A DNA stretch of 64,000 nt from TPA_inf: Saccharomyces (GCA_000146045.2 BK006945.2:832001-896000), one strand, 5' to 3'. Counted from the stretch's first letter, positions 21,461 through 33,700 are shown. The notes: a model not told the origin generated them from the sequence alone. A program made the numbers and translations.

Positions 21461-21718
21461 ATGCCTCAAAAACCACTTAAAGTTACTAAGAAAGCCAAGG
21501 ACCCCCGTAGGGTCACAAAGAAACAAAAAAATTTGAGAAAAGCTGCCCCATTGCAATTGAAATCAAAAAAGAAATCTTTGCAACATCTGAAGAAATTGAA
21601 AAAGAGCTCTTCCCTTACCGAAACCACTGAAAGATTAGTTGCGAGTAAAGTCGGGCATTTGGAGTTGTTGAGAGGTACTAGAAAGGAGTTGGAAAAAGGT
21701 AAGAAGAACTCTAAATGA
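21461..21718 (+). CDS. YLR363W-A: Small, highly basic (Lys-rich) 85-aa nuclear protein of unknown function.
   Basis: 85-aa ORF, about 35% K/R. Position between NMD4 and GRX8. Confidence 0.55.
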   Translation: MPQKPLKVTKKAKDPRRVTKKQKNLRKAAPLQLKSKKKSLQHLKKLKKSSSLTETTERLVASKVGHLELLRGTRKELEKGKKNSK

Positions 21719-22061
21719 TTTCAAGTGAATAAGATTCGCCCATCATTGAAAGGTATTTATTTTCGGGTAAGGACTATCTAGGTACATCTCATCAAATTTT
21801 TTATAGTCCAATTTGATCCTAGTGTTTGTATATTAGCTTTGTAACTTCTAAGTTATCCAATAGAAAAAATGCGTTGCTTTTTTGTTTCCCGCGAGAAATT
21901 TAACAATATGGTGAATTAAGTGTTGATGCCACAGTTTGTAAAAAAAATCGACACAGGTTTGCTATTTAAGCAGACGTAAGTGTTGTAAAATTATGTATTC
22001 CCAGTTTGGCCAGAAGAGGAGTAAATATCGCATATTTATAGAATAAGTACAACATCAAATA

Positions 22062-22391
22062 ATGTCTGCCTTTGTTACTAAAGCTGAAGAGATGATCAAA
22101 TCTCATCCATATTTCCAGTTATCCGCCAGCTGGTGCCCCGACTGCGTCTATGCTAATTCCATTTGGAATAAGTTGAATGTACAGGACAAAGTTTTCGTTT
22201 TTGATATTGGTTCACTTCCAAGAAACGAACAGGAAAAATGGAGAATTGCGTTCCAAAAAGTTGTTGGTAGCAGAAACTTACCAACGATAGTTGTCAATGG
22301 TAAATTCTGGGGTACTGAGAGTCAATTGCATAGATTTGAAGCAAAAGGCACTCTTGAGGAGGAATTGACTAAAATCGGGCTTCTGCCTTGA
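22062..22391 (+). CDS. GRX8: Glutaredoxin-like protein Grx8 (109 aa).
   Basis: Thioredoxin-fold active site SWCPDC. Length 109 aa. Confidence 0.8.
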   Translation: MSAFVTKAEEMIKSHPYFQLSASWCPDCVYANSIWNKLNVQDKVFVFDIGSLPRNEQEKWRIAFQKVVGSRNLPTIVVNGKFWGTESQLHRFEAKGTLEEELTKIGLLP

Positions 22392-23198
22392 ACAGGTTGG
22401 ATATTTTTATATTAATATGTACGTAATATGTCTGGAATATTTCGAAAACACGGGTAAGCAAATAAAGGCCTCCCATTCTTCCTTCTATAGAAGCGTGAGC
22501 GCTTCCTCATTAACCTCTTCTTTAGCAGTCCATATGTAAAGATATCCAAGAGATTGTTCCCATAAAACGTTGACGCTAAGCACCTTCATCAGTGTCATAT
22601 AGAAAGACAGCGCTCCAAGCACCATTTCCGTTTTCTTTCATTTTGGAATGGTTAAATAATGACTATCTATGATAGTTTAAAAATACCAATATCATAGAAG
22701 ATGAAAGTCAAATATATGACTAAAAATTTAGGTGAAAAATGTAATTTAATGTATACCTTTCATTTACAAAATGTCAAAGACTTTACACAGTCTCCGCGTC
22801 AAATTATCACATGAATGTACAATCACTTTTCTGACTGCTCTAAGCTATGTCATTGCGATGCAGAATTTCACTGCCGCATAGACAATTTTGTGTTTCTTTT
22901 GACGGTGAATTCATACTCATCTGTTCCGTTTATGCACATTTACCTCCCACTTCGCTCTTAGCGATTTTATGTCACACAACAACTTTATTCGTTTATGCCG
23001 GACTTTCCTACTTATACATAATGGAAAACTTAAAATAATTTTAAAAGGAAAGTTTCTGCCACATATAACTAGTTCTCTTTTCTTATATGCAATTCGGTTG
23101 CATACTTAAAAGTAATCAGACCGAATGAACATGTGCCTTTGCATTACTTCTTTTCAAAGGACATCTCTTTGCAAGCTAACCATCTGAAAGGCCGATGA

Positions 23199-23843
23199 AT
23201 GGTCAAAGGACGTCATTCAAAACGCAAAGGGAATTTCCACATTATTTTACGTAATGCTTCGCTGTTACAAAGACAGAAACTTGACAAATCAAGGTCAACT
23301 GGATCGTTGCTCGAAAGTCGCCGTCAGCCATGCGTTTTACTTTCGTTTGCAAAACTCTTTCTCTTGTGTATCGTATTTAGCCCGAAATTAGACTATACCA
23401 AAAAAAAGACCAAGATTCTTAAGCTTCATCAATCCTTTGGAACTGCAACTATTCTTACAATCTTTCATTTACATGGCTCAAGAAGTGTTGCTGCTCAAAA
23501 TTTCATTCTATTTCATGATTATTTACATTAAACAAGTATGATCCGTTATTCTTCTCGCAACCGGAGTGCTCGAGAAGTGCCAGTAAGACGACACCCTATT
23601 TTTCAAGTCCAGCATTGGAAGACTTCCAATGAACACTCTTATCATTATTCTTTATGCATTACGTTTCGCAGTAATCCTAGAACCCTAACTTTTTCTAAAA
23701 TTACCGTCAAAAATGACGGACGCAACTTTTCTCAGAAATTTTTTTTTTCATTTCTCTTAAAAAGTTTTCTACGCTGGATAAATTGTTCTCTTCCCTTTGA
23801 AATATGGAGACGTTCAAAGTCAATTTCCACACATTTAAGGTGA
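23199..23843 (+). other. Two tandem same-frame ORFs (110 aa and 101 aa) separated by a single TAA and two codons (YLR365W/YLR366W region). Probably a non-coding or decayed reading frame inside the RPS22B upstream region.
   Basis: 23199..23531 and 23538..23843 share frame 0 (…HDYLH * T S MIRYSS…). Low complexity, poor codon usage. Confidence 0.3.
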
Positions 23844-23878
23844 ACAAATAAATTATAAGATACCACATTAACAACAAG

Positions 23879-24426
23879 TATGTGGACGAGGTGTGGTAAG
23901 ATCTCCGCTGAGGTTGATTGAAAAGTATTGGGTAAATTTGTACTTTTTGTCTGCTGCTGGTCGTTTGTCTTTCGTTTTAAAATTGCGCTAGACAAGTAAA
24001 CAGGGATTGCTTAAGAATCAAAGTAGCTTAACTCTAAAGTATTATTTTCCTCAGTTGTGGGCCCATGTGTTGGAGGGAAGGAATATATTGAAATGTAAAT
24101 GTTCTTAAGTTCGGTTGAACTTGGATATTGTTACAAGAGTTCTAGTCTTTGATACCATTTTTACGCAATTACAACCGCATTATTTACCTTTTCATCTTCA
24201 GTTTTACGGTTCAGTTTATTCTGTTACGAAAGAACTATGGTGATTCAAAGGCGAAGTGCGTAGGATTGTAACTCCTATATCTTTAGGATACTTACAATTT
24301 TGTACTGTTTTCAAGACCACTGTAACCGATAATAAACCGGAGGACACATTTTAACCCACTATTTTTTTCAGAAGATCAGATGCGAGAGCTCGAAGCATAA
24401 GTATAATACTAACGTTTCAAAACATA
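23879..24426 (+). other. RPS22B: RPS22B 5'-UTR intron (about 548 nt). 5' splice site GTATGT at 23879, branchpoint TACTAAC at 24406-24412, 3' splice site AG at 24425-24426.
   Basis: Canonical yeast splice signals located 16 nt upstream of the RPS22B ATG. RPS22B is known to carry a 5'-UTR intron that is an Rnt1 substrate. Confidence 0.6.
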
Positions 24427-24441
24427 GTAATTAGGTAAAAA

Positions 24442-24574
24442 ATGACTCGCTCTTCCGTTTTAGCTGATGCTTTGAATGCCATTAATAACGCCGAAAAGAC
24501 CGGTAAACGTCAGGTTCTATTGAGACCTTCTTCCAAGGTTATCATCAAGTTTTTACAAGTTATGCAAAAGCATG
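24442..24574 (+). CDS. RPS22B: Ribosomal protein S22B (uS8), exon 1 (codons 1-44 plus the first base of codon 45).
   Basis: [45 protein letters not shown], followed by GTATGT at 24575. Confidence 0.93.
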
Positions 24575-25057
24575 GTATGTTCCAACTATTTTTCAATATT
24601 TTCACATGTGTTTCAATTTCTGCTTATTTTTAAATGTTACCACGAGGTTTGTCCAAGTTCAATGTTGCGCAACTCTAACGAAGAAATAATTATTGCCATT
24701 GTTTTTTACTCCGGGCTGATAACTAGATGGTGTGATCGGGCAGTATACTAATTTATACTGGACAAAGACTCGTAAAAGATGTTCTTTGTGCTTAGTCCCA
24801 TACTGTTTTTTAAGTGTCCGGGATATTTAATCCCATGTGGAAATGCTTCTTACACGGTTATGGATTACACCTCATGTGTAGCTACTATATCCATTACCGT
24901 TTACTTTTCCTCAAAATCTCACTCTTAAAATTTTCAATGGCAAAATTCTTCCGCACAACTTAGACAACATTTTCTTGTTTTTTATGAAGTAAGCAAAAAT
25001 TTCGAATCAACAACGCTCCATGAGATTCTTCAATACTAACATTTACTCCTTATTTAG
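24575..25057 (+). other. RPS22B: RPS22B coding-region intron (483 nt): GTATGT…TACTAAC (25034-25040)…TAG. Hosts snR44.
   Basis: Joining 24574 to 25058 restores …KHG|[15 protein letters not shown]…, matching RPS22 exactly (130 aa total). Confidence 0.93.
24660..24872 (+). ncRNA. SNR44: Intron-encoded H/ACA box snoRNA snR44. Boundaries approximate. The candidate 3' end follows an ACA-CCT at 24867-24872.
   Basis: Established: snR44 resides in the RPS22B intron. Sequence shows an ACA three nucleotides from a plausible 3' end, plus stem-forming GC-rich segments (ctccgggctg…gatcgggcag; gtgtccggg…). Exact ends not determined. Confidence 0.5.
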
Positions 25058-25317
25058 GTTACATTGGCGAATTCGAATACATTGACGACCACAGATCTGG
25101 TAAGATTGTCGTCCAACTGAACGGTAGATTGAACAAATGTGGTGTTATTTCCCCAAGATTTAACGTTAAGATTGGTGACATTGAAAAATGGACCGCCAAC
25201 TTATTGCCAGCCAGACAATTCGGTTACGTTATTTTGACTACTTCTGCGGGTATTATGGACCATGAGGAAGCTAGAAGAAAGCACGTTTCCGGTAAAATCT
25301 TGGGTTTTGTCTATTAA
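25058..25317 (+). CDS. RPS22B: Ribosomal protein S22B, exon 2.
   Basis: …[85 protein letters not shown]. Confidence 0.93.
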
Positions 25318-25539
25318 GTAAGTTTTTAGTAGTGGTACATATATAATATTAATTCTTATATCCGTCTTTTCTCTTTGGTTATTTTCTCAGCTTCAGATAT
25401 TCAAGGAACCGTATTTTTGCGTAATAGCGAAAAATTGTTTATGTTACATAATAAGTGAAAGCTGGAGGAGCATATGTATAGAATCGAAGAGAAACCTGAA
25501 CAATTTTTCGGTATTAGTTACTAAAAGGCTCACATATAC

Positions 25540-27336
25540 ATGACAAAGAGGAGAAACCTCTTTATGGTTGGTTCTTCCTTCACAATAGATCATTTACCTC
25601 CAGAAATATGGCTTTGTATTTCTAAGCTGGTCGGGACGTCTGACCTGCATAACTTGTGTTTAATTAACAGAAGATTGTATTTGACAATTACAAGTGATGA
25701 AATTTGGAAAAGAAGATGCTATGACCGATGGATAAATCGAGAAAGCTTAGATATTTTAACTGGTAATGATTACGATTCTATACCCGTCTCTCAATGGTAT
25801 TCTTACTATTTAAGAAGAGCAAAATGGGAGAATAAAATTTTTTGTCTATTATGGGGGTTAACTGAAGAAACAAATCCCCAACATTTCAGAGAGAAATATT
25901 TGCATATCCTCCAATTTAGACATTACAAACTGGCTACATTTCTGCATAGGATTATAAAACAAGGCTACATACCTGATAAAAGACCACTTGATTTAATCAC
26001 GTATGCAAACTATCTGTTGAAAAATGTGCGACATAAGTACGTATTTCCTTTATTTTATCCCACAAATGCCGCTGAATTGAAAAATCTTAATAATATGGCC
26101 TCAAGGGATGCTGAAATGATATATTTAAGATTATCTGCCATTGATACGTCTTTTGATGACTTACTAGATGCTAGAGAATTCATATTAAATGGAATATGTT
26201 CCGATCTACTACAAAAGTATAAAAAAATTGAAGAGTTTTTGAAATTACGACCGGTGACTAGGGTTTCCAAGTTAATCTCAATCAGTACTGACTATCTGGA
26301 CTGCTTCACACAACCTCATGATTCAGTGGGTCAAACAAATGATAGGGCCACAGGAAGGGAGCTACATAGAGAGGATTTCATGTTACTAAGAGTATATTCC
26401 CGAGAAGGACGAGGTTATAAAACTATCATTCTAGCAATAATACAGGCTATCACTAAGAGATATAACGTTGATTCATATCTTGCTCGAGATCATTTGGTGG
26501 TGTCTGAACCAGACTTTCCAGATGGACGGGCATTTGTTACCGTGAATGAGGATTTCCAGCCATACATTTTTGATAAAGAGGACCTTTTGAGCGTTTGGTC
26601 GAACAACTTCCATAACGCAGAAAATTTTGAAAGTACAGTTTTACCAGCATTATTAGAACCAATATCGATACAACATCTTCTGACGGAGTTCTTTCGAGAA
26701 CTGCTGCGATGCAAGCCCAGGCCATTTGAGGGATATCCAAACAGAGCACACGGATTACGCGATATGTTTCCATACGGAAAAGTGGAAGTTCCCAGAGATG
26801 TGACGATGTATTTTGCATTTATATACGATCTTTTCGATGGCATGTTTGAATCTGGAATGACAAGTTTACGGGGCCAGATGTTGAGAGATTTACTGAACTA
26901 CGTTAACGCTAATAATTTTGGTGATTTGAATATCATCATTGGACAAAATGCTCTTAAGGAACCAAATGACTGCTGGTCCAACAAGAGGGATTACGTTCTT
27001 CTTGATGACAATAATAAGATTGGATATTTCTATACGGATATTGAAACTGAGGATACTTTATGTGCCTTAAACCAATATGAAGTGGACGGCAAAGTTTTTA
27101 TAACAACAATAGATATCTTGGGTGATATAAGAGTACGCCTGGCTGAAGGACTAACGCCTTTTCAGGGAGATAATGATAAGTTGTGGGAGAGCTTTTCTTC
27201 CGTTGTTCCACGAACTGACTGGGGACTTTTTTTCAAAGGCTATGACAAAGAAAGGCGTAGAATGCAATTAAACCCTTACATAGAGGAAAAGCTTTCCAAT
27301 CTAGCGAATGATGAACAGCCTTTACATAATTTATAG
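25540..27336 (+). CDS. MDM30: Mitochondria-associated F-box protein Mdm30 (598 aa).
   Basis: N-terminal F-box (LPPEIWLCISKLVGTSDLHNLCLINRRLY). 598 aa. Synteny. Confidence 0.8.
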   Translation: MTKRRNLFMVGSSFTIDHLPPEIWLCISKLVGTSDLHNLCLINRRLYLTITSDEIWKRRCYDRWINRESLDILTGNDYDSIPVSQWYSYYLRRAKWENKIFCLLWGLTEETNPQHFREKYLHILQFRHYKLATFLHRIIKQGYIPDKRPLDLITYANYLLKNVRHKYVFPLFYPTNAAELKNLNNMASRDAEMIYLRLSAIDTSFDDLLDAREFILNGICSDLLQKYKKIEEFLKLRPVTRVSKLISISTDYLDCFTQPHDSVGQTNDRATGRELHREDFMLLRVYSREGRGYKTIILAIIQAITKRYNVDSYLARDHLVVSEPDFPDGRAFVTVNEDFQPYIFDKEDLLSVWSNNFHNAENFESTVLPALLEPISIQHLLTEFFRELLRCKPRPFEGYPNRAHGLRDMFPYGKVEVPRDVTMYFAFIYDLFDGMFESGMTSLRGQMLRDLLNYVNANNFGDLNIIIGQNALKEPNDCWSNKRDYVLLDDNNKIGYFYTDIETEDTLCALNQYEVDGKVFITTIDILGDIRVRLAEGLTPFQGDNDKLWESFSSVVPRTDWGLFFKGYDKERRRMQLNPYIEEKLSNLANDEQPLHNL

Positions 27337-27551
27337 TCATATTTAAGGAGGTTTCCAAAAGTAGCATCCTGACACATTCTATTACACCTTTTTTTATCAG
27401 CCCGAGCGGCCTTTCCTTAACGGTGTATACATTTTCTAACAGTATTAAGTCAAAAACAGCAGCATCAAAAGTACGACTACTTTTACAAGATTTCTTTAGA
27501 TATTTACTTCACATAGAAGAAGAAAATCAACGGAATAAAAATCCAAAAATC

Positions 27552-29525
27552 ATGCTTAAATCTGGTAGACTCAACTTTCTCAAGTTGAATATCAATTCAC
27601 GATTACTATACTCAACGAACCCTCAACTGACTAAGAAGGTCATTGGTATCGACCTGGGTACCACGAATAGTGCTGTTGCATATATCCGTGATTCTAACGA
27701 CAAAAAATCAGCTACAATCATAGAAAATGATGAAGGACAACGAACCACACCATCTATAGTTGCCTTTGATGTCAAAAGCTCGCCACAGAATAAAGATCAA
27801 ATGAAAACTCTTGTAGGGATGGCAGCTAAAAGGCAAAATGCTATTAATTCTGAAAACACTTTCTTTGCTACAAAGAGACTTATTGGCCGTGCATTCAACG
27901 ACAAGGAAGTTCAGCGAGATATGGCTGTTATGCCATATAAGATTGTCAAATGTGAGTCAAATGGGCAAGCCTATCTCAGCACGTCTAATGGTCTCATTCA
28001 ATCACCAAGCCAGATAGCATCTATATTACTGAAATACCTGAAACAAACTTCAGAAGAATACTTAGGCGAAAAGGTTAATTTGGCAGTTATTACAGTTCCA
28101 GCATATTTTAATGATTCTCAAAGGCAAGCCACAAAAGATGCCGGCAAGTTAGCTGGCCTAAATGTTTTGAGAGTTATTAACGAACCAACTGCGGCCGCCT
28201 TAAGCTTTGGAATTGATGATAAGAGGAATAATGGATTAATTGCAGTTTACGATTTGGGTGGTGGTACATTTGACATATCCATCTTGGACATTGAAGATGG
28301 CGTGTTTGAGGTTCGTGCTACTAATGGTGACACGCATTTAGGTGGAGAAGATTTTGACAACGTCATTGTAAACTATATTATAGATACCTTCATTCATGAA
28401 AACCCTGAAATTACACGGGAAGAAATTACGAAGAACAGGGAGACAATGCAAAGGTTAAAAGATGTTTCTGAAAGAGCTAAGATAGATTTATCCCATGTGA
28501 AGAAAACTTTTATCGAACTTCCATTTGTATACAAAAGCAAACATCTACGAGTGCCAATGACAGAGGAAGAGCTGGATAATATGACTTTGTCATTAATCAA
28601 CAGGACTATCCCACCTGTGAAGCAAGCATTGAAAGATGCCGATATCGAACCGGAGGATATAGATGAAGTAATCCTTGTTGGTGGTATGACCCGTATGCCA
28701 AAGATTAGATCTGTTGTAAAAGATCTTTTTGGTAAGTCTCCAAATTCTAGTGTTAACCCAGATGAAACAGTTGCTTTAGGAGCAGCTATTCAAGGTGGTA
28801 TTCTATCCGGTGAAATAAAGAATGTCTTACTTTTGGATGTGACACCATTGACATTAGGGATTGAAACATTTGGAGGAGCGTTCTCACCCTTGATACCTAG
28901 AAATACGACAGTTCCAGTAAAAAAAACAGAGATATTTAGTACTGGTGTTGATGGGCAAGCGGGTGTTGATATCAAAGTTTTTCAGGGTGAAAGAGGGTTA
29001 GTGCGTAACAACAAGTTGATTGGTGATTTGAAACTTACAGGAATCACCCCTTTGCCTAAAGGCATTCCCCAAATATATGTTACTTTTGATATCGATGCGG
29101 ATGGTATCATCAACGTATCTGCCGCTGAGAAAAGTAGTGGGAAACAACAATCCATTACTGTAATACCAAATTCTGGGTTAAGCGAAGAGGAAATTGCAAA
29201 ACTTATTGAAGAAGCAAATGCAAATAGGGCACAAGATAACTTGATCAGGCAAAGGTTAGAGCTTATCTCTAAGGCTGACATTATGATAAGTGATACTGAG
29301 AATTTATTTAAAAGATATGAAAAACTGATTTCTAGCGAAAAAGAGTATTCTAATATCGTAGAGGACATCAAAGCTCTGAGACAAGCTATAAAGAATTTTA
29401 AGGCTAACGAAAATGACATGTCAATTGATGTAAACGGAATAAAAAAAGCTACGGATGCGCTACAGGGTAGGGCATTAAAATTATTCCAAAGCGCAACAAA
29501 AAACCAGCAGAATCAAGGTAAATAA
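27552..29525 (+). CDS. SSQ1: Mitochondrial Hsp70 Ssq1 (657 aa), specialised for Fe-S cluster biogenesis.
   Basis: Hsp70 signatures ([29 protein letters not shown]). The ORF is open 43 codons upstream; I chose the ATG giving MLKSGRLNF… (mitochondrial presequence). Confidence 0.9.
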   Translation: MLKSGRLNFLKLNINSRLLYSTNPQLTKKVIGIDLGTTNSAVAYIRDSNDKKSATIIENDEGQRTTPSIVAFDVKSSPQNKDQMKTLVGMAAKRQNAINSENTFFATKRLIGRAFNDKEVQRDMAVMPYKIVKCESNGQAYLSTSNGLIQSPSQIASILLKYLKQTSEEYLGEKVNLAVITVPAYFNDSQRQATKDAGKLAGLNVLRVINEPTAAALSFGIDDKRNNGLIAVYDLGGGTFDISILDIEDGVFEVRATNGDTHLGGEDFDNVIVNYIIDTFIHENPEITREEITKNRETMQRLKDVSERAKIDLSHVKKTFIELPFVYKSKHLRVPMTEEELDNMTLSLINRTIPPVKQALKDADIEPEDIDEVILVGGMTRMPKIRSVVKDLFGKSPNSSVNPDETVALGAAIQGGILSGEIKNVLLLDVTPLTLGIETFGGAFSPLIPRNTTVPVKKTEIFSTGVDGQAGVDIKVFQGERGLVRNNKLIGDLKLTGITPLPKGIPQIYVTFDIDADGIINVSAAEKSSGKQQSITVIPNSGLSEEEIAKLIEEANANRAQDNLIRQRLELISKADIMISDTENLFKRYEKLISSEKEYSNIVEDIKALRQAIKNFKANENDMSIDVNGIKKATDALQGRALKLFQSATKNQQNQGK

Positions 29526-29717
29526 GTGAACAAAACACAAATAAGACTTGTATATTAACGTGTATATCGTTCATTAAAGCATATTTTGACGTATTTATAC
29601 TTTATACATTTATATATTTCTTTCCCGTTTCAAATTTTCGGTTCAAATAAAGTTGCATGTGGATTATTATGTTCCCATAAATTCTAGTTTTTATTATTTT
29701 CCTTGCACCGTATACCT

Positions 29718-30254
29718 TTATAGAGATTTGTTCATGAATCTTCTTCTTGTGAACGCCAACCAAAACTTTGAGGGATATTCCTTAGAATCTGTAGAGCTAT
29801 AGACTCTTTCTAATAGTCTCATTGCCAATTCTTGACGGAATTGCTGAATATAAGTCTTCAACAAGTCCATCGAATTATGATCTTGTACTGGAACTTGGTA
29901 AACATTATTCAGAGGGAAACCCGGTGTACCTGGTAAAGTAAAGTTGTCCAAGGCCACATTGGTTAACACTTTGACGGCTTCGTTAAATGACGTTGTTATT
30001 TTCAAATGGGCTAGGCAATCATTGATAAAGAGAATTCCGTAGATGAGCACTCTGTCGGCGGGTGATTTAATTTCAAAATTCTTGAAGAAGGAATTGGCAC
30101 GAAATAGGTCCAAGCACTCGTCGATAATATCGTAATCGGAATTGCTGGGGTATGCAGGACCCCTGAACTTAGTGTTCAAGGGCAGAAGCGCAAAGTTCCC
30201 TACCATGCGGTCAGTGTTAGGATCTACAGGGAAAGTCGAGTGATACGCAGGCAT
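29718..30254 (-). CDS. ARC18: Arp2/3 complex subunit Arc18 (ARPC3), 178 aa.
   Basis: The MPAYHSTF… N-terminus and length are typical of the ARPC3 family. Confidence 0.85.
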   Translation of the reverse strand: MPAYHSTFPVDPNTDRMVGNFALLPLNTKFRGPAYPSNSDYDIIDECLDLFRANSFFKNFEIKSPADRVLIYGILFINDCLAHLKITTSFNEAVKVLTNVALDNFTLPGTPGFPLNNVYQVPVQDHNSMDLLKTYIQQFRQELAMRLLERVYSSTDSKEYPSKFWLAFTRRRFMNKSL

Positions 30255-30713
30255 TTATTAATATACTGGGAGTGGAGAGACTGATAATACCAATAATCTT
30301 CCTTTATTGATGTTTGTTACTGCGCACCAAGTGTTTAATTTATTGTTATTCATTGTTATACTAAACCAAACCGCAACGGAAAGGATAGGGGTTCGTGGTG
30401 GATGATCCGCGTAACGGCCGAGTCTGTGAAACTGAGAGAGAATGATAGTGAAAACAATGGTATGGAAGTCCGAGGTCCTAAGGCTTGAAGAAAGTTTTTA
30501 AAGGGCATTATGACCAGTGAGTACTGACGACCTAATTTAATAACAGTATTGAGCCGATTAGGTTTTCCTGGATTTTTTTTTTGCTGTTTTATAGCTATTT
30601 TTTTATTTGTTGTTTGTGGTCATTAATATATTCATTCGCTCTGTTAGTGTAATCGATTACAGTGCTCTATTACTGCTGACTTAATTGGACAATTCATCTC
30701 TTTTCCTGCGGTT

Positions 30714-33700
30714 ATGAGCGAAACCAACGTTGACAGCTTAGGGGACAGAAATGACATATACTCCCAAATATTTGGTGTAGAAAGGAGGCCAGATTCCTTC
30801 GCTACTTTTGATAGTGACTCGCACGGAGACATAAGTTCTCAGCTGCTGCCTAATAGAATCGAAAATATCCAGAATCTAAATGTTCTGCTTTCTGAAGACA
30901 TTGCTAATGACATCATTATTGCCAAGCAGAGGAGACGTTCTGGAGTTGAAGCCGCCATCGATGATTCTGATATACCAAATAACGAAATGAAGGGGAAAAG
31001 CTCAAATTACATTTTATCGCAGCAGACTAATATTAAGGAAGTTCCAGATACACAAAGTTTGTCTAGTGCTGATAATACACCTGTGAGCAGTCCAAAGAAG
31101 GCAAGAGATGCCACATCTTCCCATCCCATTGTTCATGCTAAATCGATGTCCCATATATATTCAACGAGTAATAGTGCTAGTAGACAAGCCAAGCACTATA
31201 ATGACCACCCTTTGCCTCCAATGTCTCCAAGAAATGAAGTTTACCAGAAGAATAAAAGTACTACAGCTTTTGTGCCTAAGAGGAAACCTTCGCTCCCGCA
31301 ACTAGCACTTGCTGGTCTTAAGAAGCAGAGCAGTTTTTCCACCGGCAGTGCATCAACCACTCCTACACAGGCTAGAAAATCGCCTTTGCAAGGGTTTGGT
31401 TTCTTTTCGAGACCAAGTTCCAAAGACTTGCACGAACAGCACCAACATCACCAGCATATTCAGCATAATAATATTAACAATCATAATAATAATAATACTA
31501 ATAATAATGGCGCACATTATCAAGTGGGTAGTAGTAACAGTAATTACCCTCAACATTCACATTCTATATCATCTAGATCGATGTCGTTGAACTCATCTAC
31601 TCTAAAAAATATTGCATCATCTTTTCAATCGAAGACTTCTAACAGCAGGAAAGCTACGCAAAAATATGATATAACTTCCAACCCATTCTCAGATCCTCAT
31701 CATCATCATCATCATCATCACTCTTCAAACAGTCACAGTAGCCTAAATAATGTCCACGGGTCTGGAAACTCCTCAAGTGTTATGGGAAGCTCGTCTAATA
31801 TTGGGTTGGGTCTTAAAACGAGAGTTTCTTCCACCTCATTAGCTTTAAAAAGATACACTTCGGTTTCAGGAACTTCTCTATCTTCTCCACGTAGAAGTAG
31901 TATGACACCTTTGTCGGCATCTAGACCTGTTATGAGCGCTTCATCAAAAAAACCTCAGGTATATCCAGCTTTGTTGTCAAGAGTCGCCACAAAATTTAAA
32001 AGTTCGATACAACTCGGGGAACATAAGAAGGATGGATTAGTTTACCGTGACGCATTTACAGGGCAGCAGGCAGTCGATGTCATCTGTGCTATCATTAGAA
32101 CTTCTGATAGAAACTTAGCCTTGTTATTTGGTAGATCACTAGATGCACAAAAGCTGTTCCATGATGTGGTATACGAGCACAGGTTAAGAGATTCACCACA
32201 TGAAGTTTACGAATTTACAGATAACTCAAGATTTACAGGAACAGGTTCCACAAACGCCCATGATCCACTGATGCTACTCCCAAACTCATCATCTTTTAAT
32301 TCCGGGAACCACTCTTATCCGAATTCCGGAATGGTTCCATCAAGTTCAACTTCATCTTTGAATAGTGATCAGGCAACTTTGACAGGGTCGAGGCTACATA
32401 TGAGTAGTTCATTGTCCCAGCAAAAGAACCCTGCAGCCATTCATAACGTCAATGGTGTGTTTACATTACTGGCGGAATGCTATTCCCCTACGTGCACAAG
32501 AGACGCTTTGTGTTACTCTATTTCGTGTCCAAGACGTCTTGAGCAACAAGCAAGGTTAAATCTGAAACCAAATGGCGGCCTGAAACGTAATATATCAATG
32601 GCATTGGATGATGATGACGAAGAAAAGCCATCTTGGACAAGTTCCGTATCTAAAGAGGATTGGGAAAACTTACCAAAAAAGGAAATAAAAAGACAAGAGG
32701 CTATTTATGAAGTTTATATCACGGAGAAGAACTTTGTAAAATCATTAGAAATTACAAGAGACACATTCATGAAGACTTTGGCTGAAACAAATATTATTTC
32801 AGCAGATATTAGAAAAAATTTCATCAAGCATGTTTTTGCACATATAAACGATATCTATTCAGTGAATAGACGTTTTTTGAAGGCTTTAACTGATAGGCAA
32901 AGAAGTTCACCAGTTGTGAGAGGAATTGGGGACATTGTTTTAAGATTCATTCCATTTTTTGAACCATTTGTTTCATATGTCGCTTCAAGACCATATGCGA
33001 AGTACTTGATTGAAACCCAAAGATCAGTCAATCCCTATTTTGCTAGATTTGATGACGATATGATGAGCTCCTCCTTACGTCATGGTATTGATTCGTTTTT
33101 ATCTCAAGGTGTTTCAAGACCAGGTCGATATATGCTATTGGTCAAAGAAATCATGAAATCTACTGACCCCGAGAAGGACAAAAGTGATTATGAAGATTTA
33201 AGCAAAGCCATGGATGCATTAAGGGATTTTATGAAAAGGATTGATCAAGCAAGTGGTGCTGCACAAGATAGACATGATGTAAAATTGTTGAAACAAAAGA
33301 TTCTTTTCAAAAACGAATACGTTAATTTAGGATTAAATGACGAAAGGAGAAAAATTAAACATGAAGGTATACTATCACGGAAGGAGTTGTCAAAATCGGA
33401 CGGAACAGTTGTTGGTGACATACAATTTTATCTTCTAGATAATATGCTCTTATTTTTAAAGGCCAAAGCAGTTAATAAATGGCACCAGCATAAGGTATTC
33501 CAAAGGCCCATTCCATTGCCATTGTTATTTGCATGTCCAGGTGAAGATATGCCTGCGTTGAGGAAATATATTGGAGACCACCCAGATTGTTCAGGAACTG
33601 TAATTCAACCAGAATACAACACGAGTAATCCTAAAAACGCAATAACTTTCTTATACTACGGTGCCAAGCAGAGATATCAAGTTACATTATATGCTGCGCA

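Noticed and set aside
30370-30450. tRNA-like fragment GGGGTTCGTGGTGGATGATCCGCG in the ARC18/ROM2 divergent promoter, resembling a T-arm/B-box (GGTTCG).
   Set aside because: There is no A-box, no pairing acceptor stem, no anticodon stem-loop and no downstream T-run. A 6-nt B-box-like match is expected by chance.
31309-31590. ORFs 31108..31305, 31309..31590 (+) and 31241..31423, 31353..31556 (-) inside ROM2, including an Ile/Leu-rich one.
   Set aside because: They are alternative-frame and antisense readings of the Asn/His-rich AAT/CAT low-complexity stretch of ROM2, which is composition-driven.
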